Virus record (IMG/VR): IMGVR_UViG_3300033076_000019
Location: 1 to 24,915 of that record
Strand: one strand, 5' to 3'
DNA: 24,915 nucleotides
Source of the DNA: a virus
Taxonomy: Duplodnaviria; Caudoviricetes
The position numbers were made by a program, and so were the translations under genes. The notes under the pieces are model-generated. The model saw only the letters and a list, made by a program, of their open reading frames with translations, was not told where the DNA came from and ran no database searches. Below are positions 8,609 to 16,498 of the stretch, one piece after another (position 1 is the stretch's first letter; each line of letters opens with the position of its first letter).

Positions 8609-9556
8609 TTAATCCTTCAGCCAGCCAAGACCTGCCTTAGCGTTCTTCGACTTCTTGGCTTTCTTCTCGTCGACCTTCCCGCCTTCCTTCAGCCCGAGCC
8701 AGCCGCTCTTGCCGAACGCGCCGGTTGCGCCAAGAATACCAACAGCACTGGTGAGGCCACCAAGGATCTGACCAGTCGTCGAAGGCTTCGGAGCTGTTGT
8801 AGAGGTGGTGCCAGAACCCTGCGCGCTTGGCGTTCCACCAATCGCGGCCAAACGCTGCACCTGCTCATACGGATATTCACGCTGCGCGAGGAAGTCCTGA
8901 TAGGCCAGATCGGCAGAACGCTGACCGAGCTGCTGACGCTGCGAGCCAATCTGCTCGAGGCCAGCCAGATCCAAGTTACGCTGCTTCTGCAGCTGCTCCG
9001 CAATCGACGCCATGTATGGGGATGCGGTAATCAGGCGGTTCTGCTCTGCGTTGTACTGGGCCTGCGCGTTTTCAAAGGCGCCGCTCATAGCCTTGTTCTG
9101 CTCAGAAAGCGCGGCCGCTTGCGTGTCACGAATAGCGCGGTTCGTAAACTCAGCACTGCGTGAGCCGCCAAACGTGCCACCGCCAACGAAGGTGCGATTG
9201 ATCTGCGGCAGAATGTTTTCATAAAGGTTGCGGCCAGCCGTAGCGCCAATGCCAGCGACCACGTTCTGAATGTACGGGTTCATGTACTGCCGAGCGACAC
9301 CCGGCTGAGCAAAAGACTGCGTACCTTGCTGCAGCCCTTGAGATGCCGCCTGAAGATACGGCTGATAGCTGCCCATTGAAGACTTAAAGCCAGTGAAGGC
9401 CTGCTCTTGCTCAGGTGAAAAGCCAGCAATCCGAGGCGCGCCATACGCCGTATAAGGCTGTGCCGTAGCGGCAGTCGCCTTAGAAAGAATGTCCTTGGCA
9501 TACTGAGTATACCACTCTGGGAGTATGACCTCAGTCTGAGTTGTATTCAGGGCCAT
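8609..9556 (-). CDS. Putative internal virion / DNA-transfer (pilot) protein
   Basis: 315 aa, Q/A-rich, with YMNPY and GGTFGGSR motifs that I recognise from podophage ejection proteins. C-terminal Gly-rich amphipathic helix (GQILGGLTSAVGILGATGAFG). TAATG overlap with the upstream gene. Confidence 0.6.
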   Translation of the reverse strand: MALNTTQTEVILPEWYTQYAKDILSKATAATAQPYTAYGAPRIAGFSPEQEQAFTGFKSSMGSYQPYLQAASQGLQQGTQSFAQPGVARQYMNPYIQNVVAGIGATAGRNLYENILPQINRTFVGGGTFGGSRSAEFTNRAIRDTQAAALSEQNKAMSGAFENAQAQYNAEQNRLITASPYMASIAEQLQKQRNLDLAGLEQIGSQRQQLGQRSADLAYQDFLAQREYPYEQVQRLAAIGGTPSAQGSGTTSTTAPKPSTTGQILGGLTSAVGILGATGAFGKSGWLGLKEGGKVDEKKAKKSKNAKAGLGWLKD

Positions 9557-12500
9557 TAGACCGAACCTCCTACCGCCTTGAGCATGGTATCGATCCCCTG
9601 CTGCGGTTTAGCTATGTTCTTTACATCTTTACGTCCGGCGCGTCTACGCACCATCTGTCTCATTTTATCAAGGCGTCGCACACCTTCATCTGTCGATCCG
9701 TCACCCAGATCGGCAACATCCTGCGCGCTCCAGACGTACTCGCCATCAGAGAGCCATGCCGGGATCTTGTCCTCTTGGCCACTGCCAATACCCTTGACTC
9801 GGCCCGGACCCTGATGGCCTCCGTTCTTATGATAGGCCATCAGGTGCGCGGCCATATCGTCACCATCGACATCACCACCCTCTGCCATAGCTGGGTTAGC
9901 TAAATACGCGGCCTCTGATGTGTCCTCGGATTGGCTATAGGTAAATGGATTAAAGCCAGCTCGCGACGCCGCTGCATTTAGATCAGCAAGAGAGGGCGCC
10001 CTGCGCTCGCCGCCACCTACGTTGTAAACGATTGTTGGGTTGGGGGAGTTGGCCACCGCGCTAAGAGTTTCACCGTATCCGCGAGAACCAATTGGGTTCA
10101 CAGCTCCATTGATCGCTGCATAGCCGGCAGGAACGAATGGCGCATTACCGATACCTGCGCGGCCTTGGCCGGTTTCACGTTCGCGTCGGATATCTTCGGT
10201 ATATGCAGGATCATCCCTTACATCATCCCAATACTTGATTGTCTGCTCCGCCACGTCCGGGCCGTACTCACGAACAGCGCTCATCCGGCGCGCCCATTCC
10301 TCCTCAGTGTTCCCAACGAGGCGTGGGGGAAGCTCATTGGTGCGCCCCTGCATGTAGTCCAGATAGGCTTTTTTCCATTGCGGCGTGTATTGATATTCAG
10401 AGTCAACAACTCCGCCATCAGCCATAGCTGGCGGCGCAAGCCCCGCAGAGGAAAGGTAAGTATTAACTGCGTTCTGAGCGCCAGCTAGGTCGTTCGCCCC
10501 GACAAATGGTTCAACCGCCTGCTGCAATGCGCGGGCCTTAACGGCGTCCAGCTTGCCAGTGTTATAATAAGAGCTGGCCAGTGGCGTGACGTAATCCATG
10601 TAATAGGACCGTGCCGTCATGCCTTGAGCAGGGGCGGCCTGAGCCGCTTTAACCTGCGTCGGGATTTGGGCAGCAATGGCTTCACGCTGCGCAGCCTCTG
10701 CATCAAGCTTTGCCTGTTGGAGATCGCGCATCGACATCTGAGTGCCGACCAACTCTGGCCTACCGATAGCCGCAGCCGTTGCTGCATCGATGTCAAAGTA
10801 AACGCCGGCAGGGTTAATGGCACGAGCCGCAGCCGCAGTCGGCGCAGCCTCAGTGGCCTCCATGATGCGGTCAATCTCAGCGAGGCGTTTCATTTCCTCT
10901 TCATTGGCCGGGCGGTAGACACCTGACTTAAATGCGTCAGCAATCGAAGTGACATTCGTTGCGCCATTGCCCGGCATCAGAACCTGCTTGCCATTGTTGT
11001 CGGTGGCCAGCCACTGCCAGCCCTTTGCGTCACCACCCCAGACATATGTTTTCCCATCGACCACCTGAGTGTCGCCGATCTTCTGGTTCGACATAACGCC
11101 TGTGAAGCCAGTGGGTCGCGTCTGCGTCGTGCCACCCGGAGTGCCGCCCGGAGGCGTCCCACCCGTCGTGCTACCTGTTGTGCCGCCTGTTGTGCCGCCT
11201 GTTGTGCCACCAGTGGTCGTTGTTGTGGTTCCAGCCGAACCGCCAATCGCAGATGTCGGTCCAGTGTATGAGCCTACGATACCAGCTGGCTTGCCGCCTT
11301 GAGTGAAGAACAAGAACTCACCCGGCTGATCGCCAGTCGCCTGTCCATAAGTGAACGGATCGAACCCAATGTTAGCGATGCCGCGCGTGCCAAAGATATC
11401 CGCGCGATTTGGATTGATGTCATAAGTCCCACCACGCGGAACCAGCGGCGATGTATTGTCAGCGGTCGTTGTGGTTGTGCCGGTGTTGTAGAAATTGGTG
11501 TCTTTGACGTTACCCTTGTCAGTACCAGTATCTTTACCAGTGGTTGTGGTCGTGGTGGTGCCAGTCGTGAGGTTAACATTATCAGTACCGGAGCCAGTGA
11601 CGACGATCTCGTCCTTATCCTTGGTCTGGTCTTTACCCTTGTCAGCCCCAGTGTCTTTACCGGTTGTTGTGGTCGTGGTGCTGCCAGTGGTCAGGTTTAC
11701 GTTGTCGGTGCCAGAGCCAGTGACAGTAATCTCATCCTTGTCTTTGGTTTGATCTTTACCCTTGTCGCCGCCCTTATCTGCGCCAGCGCCCGTACCGCCG
11801 CCAGTCGTGACCGTACTGCCGTTTGTCAGGTTAACATTGTCCGTGCCGATACCGCTGACGACAATTGCGTCATCTTTTGTTTCGCCGGCCTTCGTGTCAC
11901 CAGCCTTGGTTTCGCCAGCCTTGGTTTCGCCGCCCTTCGTGCCACCAGTCGTGCTGCCAGTGGTCAGGTTTGTATTGCCAACGGTCTCACCAGTTACGAT
12001 GATGTTGCCGTTAGCATCGACATTCGTTGCACCGGGTACGAACCAATCTGAAGTCGCGCCGCCAAGGTCGATGCCAGTAGCATCGCTGATGTCTACGCCC
12101 GTATTATAAAGGAACTTGGCTGCATCGCCGAGGCCAAGGATGTTTTTGTCTACAATCTTATCGAAGAGTTGATTGGACGCATACGTTCCAACGCCAGACT
12201 GCACACCGCGCAGCAGCGCATCTTCAAGGCTTGCACCAGTAACCGCAGCACCGGCAGTCGTCCCAAGACCAGCGCCAATCGCGCGGCCGACTTCTTCAGA
12301 TACGCCAGTAAGACCGGGAAGCACCTTGCTACCGATCTGACCAGCGCCTGCTGTCGCTGCGGTGAGGGCGGTGTTTTTAAGGATGTCGCCAATGTCGTCT
12401 CCGCTAATGACGCCAGATGCCGCACTGACTGCAGCTGCTGCGCCCACAGGGCCAAGCACGGGCGTCAGGAGAACGGTGCCAGCGATTTTAGCAACAGTAC

Positions 12501-12762
12501 CCAATATCTTACCGAACAAGCCATATGCCGGCAGACCCGTCTCAGGGTTAATGCCCGGCTCACCCCACATCTCGCGGAGTTTTTCAAGTTCGTATTTGTT
12601 GACGTGAATTAGTTCGCTGTCGCCATATTCATTGGCCATCGGCGATCCCTTGACCGCCTGCGCTGCAGCTACAAGGCCGCCACTCTTATACGCGCGCGGT
12701 CTGGTCGCGGGGATGTGGACCCAGTAACGCTCTCCACCACCAATGCCTGCAAGAGCTGCCAT
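9556..12762 (-). CDS. Putative internal virion / ejection protein with TonB-box-like repeats and xAxGG motifs
   Basis: 1068 aa. N-terminal GDSELIHVN...GINPETGLPAY segment followed by Gly/Ala hydrophobic helices, then Thr/Gly/Asp/Lys repeats, and a C-terminal GPG...DKIPAWLSDGEYV domain of the kind seen in virion-internal and tape-measure proteins. Confidence 0.65.
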   Translation of the reverse strand: MAALAGIGGGERYWVHIPATRPRAYKSGGLVAAAQAVKGSPMANEYGDSELIHVNKYELEKLREMWGEPGINPETGLPAYGLFGKILGTVAKIAGTVLLTPVLGPVGAAAAVSAASGVISGDDIGDILKNTALTAATAGAGQIGSKVLPGLTGVSEEVGRAIGAGLGTTAGAAVTGASLEDALLRGVQSGVGTYASNQLFDKIVDKNILGLGDAAKFLYNTGVDISDATGIDLGGATSDWFVPGATNVDANGNIIVTGETVGNTNLTTGSTTGGTKGGETKAGETKAGDTKAGETKDDAIVVSGIGTDNVNLTNGSTVTTGGGTGAGADKGGDKGKDQTKDKDEITVTGSGTDNVNLTTGSTTTTTTGKDTGADKGKDQTKDKDEIVVTGSGTDNVNLTTGTTTTTTTGKDTGTDKGNVKDTNFYNTGTTTTTADNTSPLVPRGGTYDINPNRADIFGTRGIANIGFDPFTYGQATGDQPGEFLFFTQGGKPAGIVGSYTGPTSAIGGSAGTTTTTTGGTTGGTTGGTTGSTTGGTPPGGTPGGTTQTRPTGFTGVMSNQKIGDTQVVDGKTYVWGGDAKGWQWLATDNNGKQVLMPGNGATNVTSIADAFKSGVYRPANEEEMKRLAEIDRIMEATEAAPTAAAARAINPAGVYFDIDAATAAAIGRPELVGTQMSMRDLQQAKLDAEAAQREAIAAQIPTQVKAAQAAPAQGMTARSYYMDYVTPLASSYYNTGKLDAVKARALQQAVEPFVGANDLAGAQNAVNTYLSSAGLAPPAMADGGVVDSEYQYTPQWKKAYLDYMQGRTNELPPRLVGNTEEEWARRMSAVREYGPDVAEQTIKYWDDVRDDPAYTEDIRRERETGQGRAGIGNAPFVPAGYAAINGAVNPIGSRGYGETLSAVANSPNPTIVYNVGGGERRAPSLADLNAAASRAGFNPFTYSQSEDTSEAAYLANPAMAEGGDVDGDDMAAHLMAYHKNGGHQGPGRVKGIGSGQEDKIPAWLSDGEYVWSAQDVADLGDGSTDEGVRRLDKMRQMVRRRAGRKDVKNIAKPQQGIDTMLKAVGGSV
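11174..11209 (-). repeat. 12-bp tandem repeat x3 (CCTGTTGTGCC[G/A]) encoding GTTG units
   Basis: Read directly from the sequence. Confidence 0.85.
11511..11766 (-). repeat. 123-bp (41-aa) tandem repeat, two full copies; two more diverged copies extend to ~12010
   Basis: TACCCTTGTC ends at 11520, 11643 and 11766 (period 123). Unit DKGKDQTKDKDEI(T/V)VTGSGTDNVNLTTG(S/T)TTTTTTGKDTG(A/T). Confidence 0.9.
11878..11940 (-). repeat. 15-bp coding repeat (TK[G/A]G[E/D] x4)
   Basis: Translation TKGGETKAGETKAGDTKAGETK. Confidence 0.8.
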
Positions 12763-12764
12763 CT

Positions 12765-13022
12765 CTATGATCCCTGACTAATCACGTCGTTAAAACGCAT
12801 CGCCCACTCACGCCAATCGTCAAACTGATAGGCGTCGGGGACGCCAAGAGATGCGAGTGACGCAATCGTTGATAACCCAGACGCCCAGTTTTTCCAATCT
12901 CTTTCGTCCATGAGGCGCACAGCCACCCCAAAGTCCTCAATCGACGGAAACATATAGTCGGCCCAGTCCACCACATTGTCGACAATGCGCGGATCAATAG
13001 TGGTGGTTCTAACCTTCGCCAT
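12765..13022 (-). CDS. Hypothetical Trp-rich virion-module protein
   Basis: 85 aa, translationally coupled to the upstream gene (TAATG at 13020-13024). Fills the gap exactly. Confidence 0.7.
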   Translation of the reverse strand: MAKVRTTTIDPRIVDNVVDWADYMFPSIEDFGVAVRLMDERDWKNWASGLSTIASLASLGVPDAYQFDDWREWAMRFNDVISQGS

Positions 13023-14626
13023 TAGCTTTGGTAGCGGCCATCCGCCGCTTCGATGTGTGCGATAACCTGACCCATCTGGTAATCACCGCCAACCGTGTTC
13101 GATGAGAACCGGAAGCGCAGCTCGCGCCGCTGCTCCTTGAAGAACACCTGCTGTTCATACTTCTCTGTAGCCACAGCCGGGAAGCTGTGCAGCGGGCCGT
13201 TAACTTCAGGCGCGCGCGCGTTGATGCGACCAGTGATCTGGACGGTCATGTCACCCTGCTGCACGAAGTCAGGCTCAATCATCTCAACGTGGATCGATCG
13301 GTTGCGCGGGTTTTCGTCGTTGATCAGCGAGATGTCGCCAGTCTCGAAATAGCTCTCAACGGCATTGATCTGCGCGCCGTCAATCTCATCCACGCCGAAC
13401 TCATGCTGCCAGATACGATAGCGCGTCGGGCCATTGCTGACCACGCGGATGGCTTCCGTCTGGGTGATGCGGGTGTCGCTTGCTTCCGTGATGCGGATGT
13501 CGGCCACGCCGGGGCTGATTGGGTCGATGCCGGCAAGGATCGGGCGGTTCAGAGAGCCTGCATAGATGCCAGCCGAGCGCCCCAGATTGGGGAGCTGTGT
13601 GTCATACCACGTCTGCTCGCGGAAGTTATAAATCACAGCGTGCGTGCATTCCGTCGCATTGCCACGCGGATAGCACCACCAGATCTCGCCGAAGCGCGGA
13701 ACCTTATAGGCGAATACCTTATTCGCGCACGCCCGGTTCAGGCCGTCAAAGAAGTAATTGATGTTCATGTTGTTCGGCACTTCGCGAACGACGCCGTTGT
13801 ACATCATGAAGCGGCCATCACCAACCCAGAAGTAAATGCCGTCATACTCAATGACGCTGTTTACTGCGATAATCGATGAGGAGGAGCTGATCGTATCAAA
13901 CGCGAACACATCCGTTCCGCCCGTGTAATAGACGCGGATCAGGCTATCGAGCGTCCACAGAAGGCCGGCAGGGTTCTGACCACCGCCACGCAGCGGCAGG
14001 CCCTTGACGATCTTCGAGGAGGCAATGAACGCATCGCCCGCGTCGCCCGTCGTGAAGTTCGTGGGATCGTTCGCATCCGACCACTTAACGTAACCGTTCT
14101 GAGAAAACATAAACAGGTACGGGTGCAGAACCACAACGCCACCGCTCACACCAGCAGTCGGGATGGGCGTCAGGGGCGTCGTGCCGTAGATGTCCCCGAG
14201 ATAGGCCGGATAGTTTGTGCCAGTCGAAATATCGAGAGCCGACTCAGACGGGTGCGCGATGACCACTGTCGAGCTTCCAGCGCCGTCATAAAGCGCATCA
14301 AACTGCCACATGAAGTTCGGACCGCCTGTGTACGTCGTCGGCGTGCGCGAGCTGACGGAGCTGGTGTTCCCAACGCTATCAATCGTCATGCGCTGGATGC
14401 CTTCACCATAACCCATGTGGGTATAGGTGAAGTTGTTCAGCGATTGCAGATGGAACTGATTGACGACGCCTTCGACGTAATTGGTGATCTGCCGATACCC
14501 GCCGATCTTGCGCGGCAAACCGCGCTGAAAGCGAACCCATTGCCCGTCAACGTAGAAGTTCCCTTCGAACTTCGTGCCGTCACGCTTGATGCCCGGCTCT
14601 GATCTGACGTTAATGGGTACGAGCAT
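13022..14626 (-). CDS. Putative tail nozzle / head-closure protein (P22 gp10-like or tail tubular protein B-like)
   Basis: 534 aa, beta-rich. Starts PGIKRDGT...DGQWVRFQRGLPRKIGGY, contains KWSD..DPTNF and FGEIWWCYP...YNFREQTWY, and ends DGR. Positioned just before the ejection genes. Confidence 0.7.
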   Translation of the reverse strand: MLVPINVRSEPGIKRDGTKFEGNFYVDGQWVRFQRGLPRKIGGYRQITNYVEGVVNQFHLQSLNNFTYTHMGYGEGIQRMTIDSVGNTSSVSSRTPTTYTGGPNFMWQFDALYDGAGSSTVVIAHPSESALDISTGTNYPAYLGDIYGTTPLTPIPTAGVSGGVVVLHPYLFMFSQNGYVKWSDANDPTNFTTGDAGDAFIASSKIVKGLPLRGGGQNPAGLLWTLDSLIRVYYTGGTDVFAFDTISSSSSIIAVNSVIEYDGIYFWVGDGRFMMYNGVVREVPNNMNINYFFDGLNRACANKVFAYKVPRFGEIWWCYPRGNATECTHAVIYNFREQTWYDTQLPNLGRSAGIYAGSLNRPILAGIDPISPGVADIRITEASDTRITQTEAIRVVSNGPTRYRIWQHEFGVDEIDGAQINAVESYFETGDISLINDENPRNRSIHVEMIEPDFVQQGDMTVQITGRINARAPEVNGPLHSFPAVATEKYEQQVFFKEQRRELRFRFSSNTVGGDYQMGQVIAHIEAADGRYQS

Positions 14627-14636
14627 TTAGCGCCCT

Positions 14637-16235
14637 TTACGCCTGAGTGCGGATGTTAACTACGCCAAGAAGACGTGGCGAAGGATTCATCTGTGTCCAG
14701 CCTGTAGTCGGTGGATTTTGTGATGTTTTGTACATGCCGTTTAGGGTCGTCGCATACCAGACGCCATTTACATACATGACGCGCTGGATTGTATTCCCCC
14801 CGCATGGGTTTGTGATCGTCGTCCAAGTGCCTGCACCTGTTGCAGAATAATAAAGGTTACTACTGCCTTGAGAGCCGCTGGCGGTAACGTAATACCCGCC
14901 ACCTACACCGATGGTGCATTGAGTTCCTGAGCCGCTGCCGCCACCGTAGTTTGTATTGTATGCCCAGCCTGTGCGCGCATTATTTGTAGTCATATACATG
15001 CAATGAGGCTGGCTTTCATACAGAATTGCAGCGCGCGCCGTAACGCTGTCAATCGTAAAGCTGGTTGGCTGGTTACTGCTATTAGGCGTGCTACCAGTTA
15101 CACGCAGTGTGAATGTCGTTCCACCAGCGTCGCAAGTGTATAGCCGGTTGTCTTGACTGTTATTTGTGCAGAGCAAAACAATAGCAGAAGTGGCACTGTC
15201 TCCAGTGTCTACGTAGCGGGCACCATAATAAGTCGCGCCATTGGGAAGGCTGATCGTGCTGGCCGCTGTCCAGTTCGAGTCCATTCCGGTATTGGCATTT
15301 CTATAGTATGGATTAATTGTAGTGCTATTAGCGTAAATCGTCCACATACGCCCGTTGCTGTCATCTATAATTAGATTTGCATAACCAGCGCCGGGTCCGG
15401 GGTTATAATTGCCCGGACTCCCTATTTTGGGATTCAATTCGAATATGTAAGTGGTCCAGTTTATCCCGTCTAGGCTGTAGTATATGTTCCAAAAAGAGGT
15501 GCTGTTGTCTGGATAACCAAGAGAAAACCAGCAGGAGTAGTATTTACTCCAAACAGGGCAATAAGAGGTGTTGTTAGTACCTGATGCAAGCGCGGCACTA
15601 GGCATGGGGACCGAAGAATAAAAGGTGCCCGTAGTGATTGAAGCTGGAGAGGCCACTCGAGCAGTATACCCTGCGGTCATAACGCTATAAAGCTCTGTCG
15701 CCCCAAAGGGGTTTGTCGACCATGTCGGAGCGTTCCCAGCACCCTGAGAAACCAGCACCTGACCGCTCGTACCAGATGCGACAGCGCCGAATGCGCCCGC
15801 GTTATTGATCTGGATCTGCCCCGTCGTGCCGCCCGGAGATGTCACCGGCACAGTCGCGAATGACAGATTACCCGCGCCGTCAGTGCGCAGATACTGCCCA
15901 TTCGTTCCATCCGCAGTCGGCAGCGTGAACGTCACGTTCGCAGCCAACGCATTCGGAGCCTTGATCGCAACGTAATTCGTTCCGTTGTCAGTATCCTCAG
16001 GCAGCCGGATCTCAGCGCCTGCAGTGGAGTTACCCGTGATGCTGACAGGAGATGTCAGCGCGGTGGTTATTGCAGGAATACCACCCGTCGCTGTCAGCGT
16101 CCCCGCCACCGTAACATTCGGACCATTAACCGTGATCCCCGTAACGCCGCCAGACTGAAGCTCCAGAATACCAGAGCCGTCGCCAGTGACTACCGCGCCG
16201 CCAGTGGTGTTGCTTGCGTTGATGGTTGTTGGCAT
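14637..16235 (-). CDS. Tail fibre / receptor-binding protein with probable beta-propeller (Asp-box-like) C-terminal domain
   Basis: 532 aa. Shared fibre module at 15858-16052. The C-terminal part has Asp-box-like repeats (YYSLDGINW, YTCDAGGTTF, YYSATGAGTW) and is aromatic/Asn/Ser/Thr-rich. Confidence 0.7.
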   Translation of the reverse strand: MPTTINASNTTGGAVVTGDGSGILELQSGGVTGITVNGPNVTVAGTLTATGGIPAITTALTSPVSITGNSTAGAEIRLPEDTDNGTNYVAIKAPNALAANVTFTLPTADGTNGQYLRTDGAGNLSFATVPVTSPGGTTGQIQINNAGAFGAVASGTSGQVLVSQGAGNAPTWSTNPFGATELYSVMTAGYTARVASPASITTGTFYSSVPMPSAALASGTNNTSYCPVWSKYYSCWFSLGYPDNSTSFWNIYYSLDGINWTTYIFELNPKIGSPGNYNPGPGAGYANLIIDDSNGRMWTIYANSTTINPYYRNANTGMDSNWTAASTISLPNGATYYGARYVDTGDSATSAIVLLCTNNSQDNRLYTCDAGGTTFTLRVTGSTPNSSNQPTSFTIDSVTARAAILYESQPHCMYMTTNNARTGWAYNTNYGGGSGSGTQCTIGVGGGYYVTASGSQGSSNLYYSATGAGTWTTITNPCGGNTIQRVMYVNGVWYATTLNGMYKTSQNPPTTGWTQMNPSPRLLGVVNIRTQA

Positions 16236-16238
16236 GGG

Positions 16239-16490
16239 TTATTCTCCGAGAGCGGTAATCTGCGCCTGAAGCGCCTGAAGCTGGGCGAGGAGTTCTTCTT
16301 TGGTAACAGGCTGAGGCTCAGGAGCGGGTTCGGGTTGAGAACGCTCGTCGATAAATTCGCCATCGATATACGACCAGCCGATCTCAATAGTATCTGGCAT
16401 AGCAACCCAGCCTTGCGATGCAGCATAATCCGCATCAGCGACTACGGTGTTTACCACCATTCCATCTTCAATGATTGCAAATTTCGCCAT
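16239..16490 (-). CDS. Small acidic tail-fibre partner / assembly protein
   Basis: Start re-assigned to MAKFAIIEDGMVVN (16490), which has GAGGTG upstream and avoids overlap with the upstream gene. 83 aa, with IGWSYIDGEF motif and C-terminal coiled coil. Confidence 0.7.
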   Translation of the reverse strand: MAKFAIIEDGMVVNTVVADADYAASQGWVAMPDTIEIGWSYIDGEFIDERSQPEPAPEPQPVTKEELLAQLQALQAQITALGE

Positions 16491-16498
16491 CTTACACC

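Noticed and set aside
11511-12009. Repeat-spacer-like periodicity suggesting a CRISPR array
   Set aside because: Repeats are in-frame, vary mainly at synonymous positions and lack unique spacers. No cas genes are present.
16180-16200. GAVVTG in the 532-aa fibre as another TonB box
   Set aside because: No preceding acidic residues, and it lies in a beta-rich fibre N-terminus where V-V-T-G is common.
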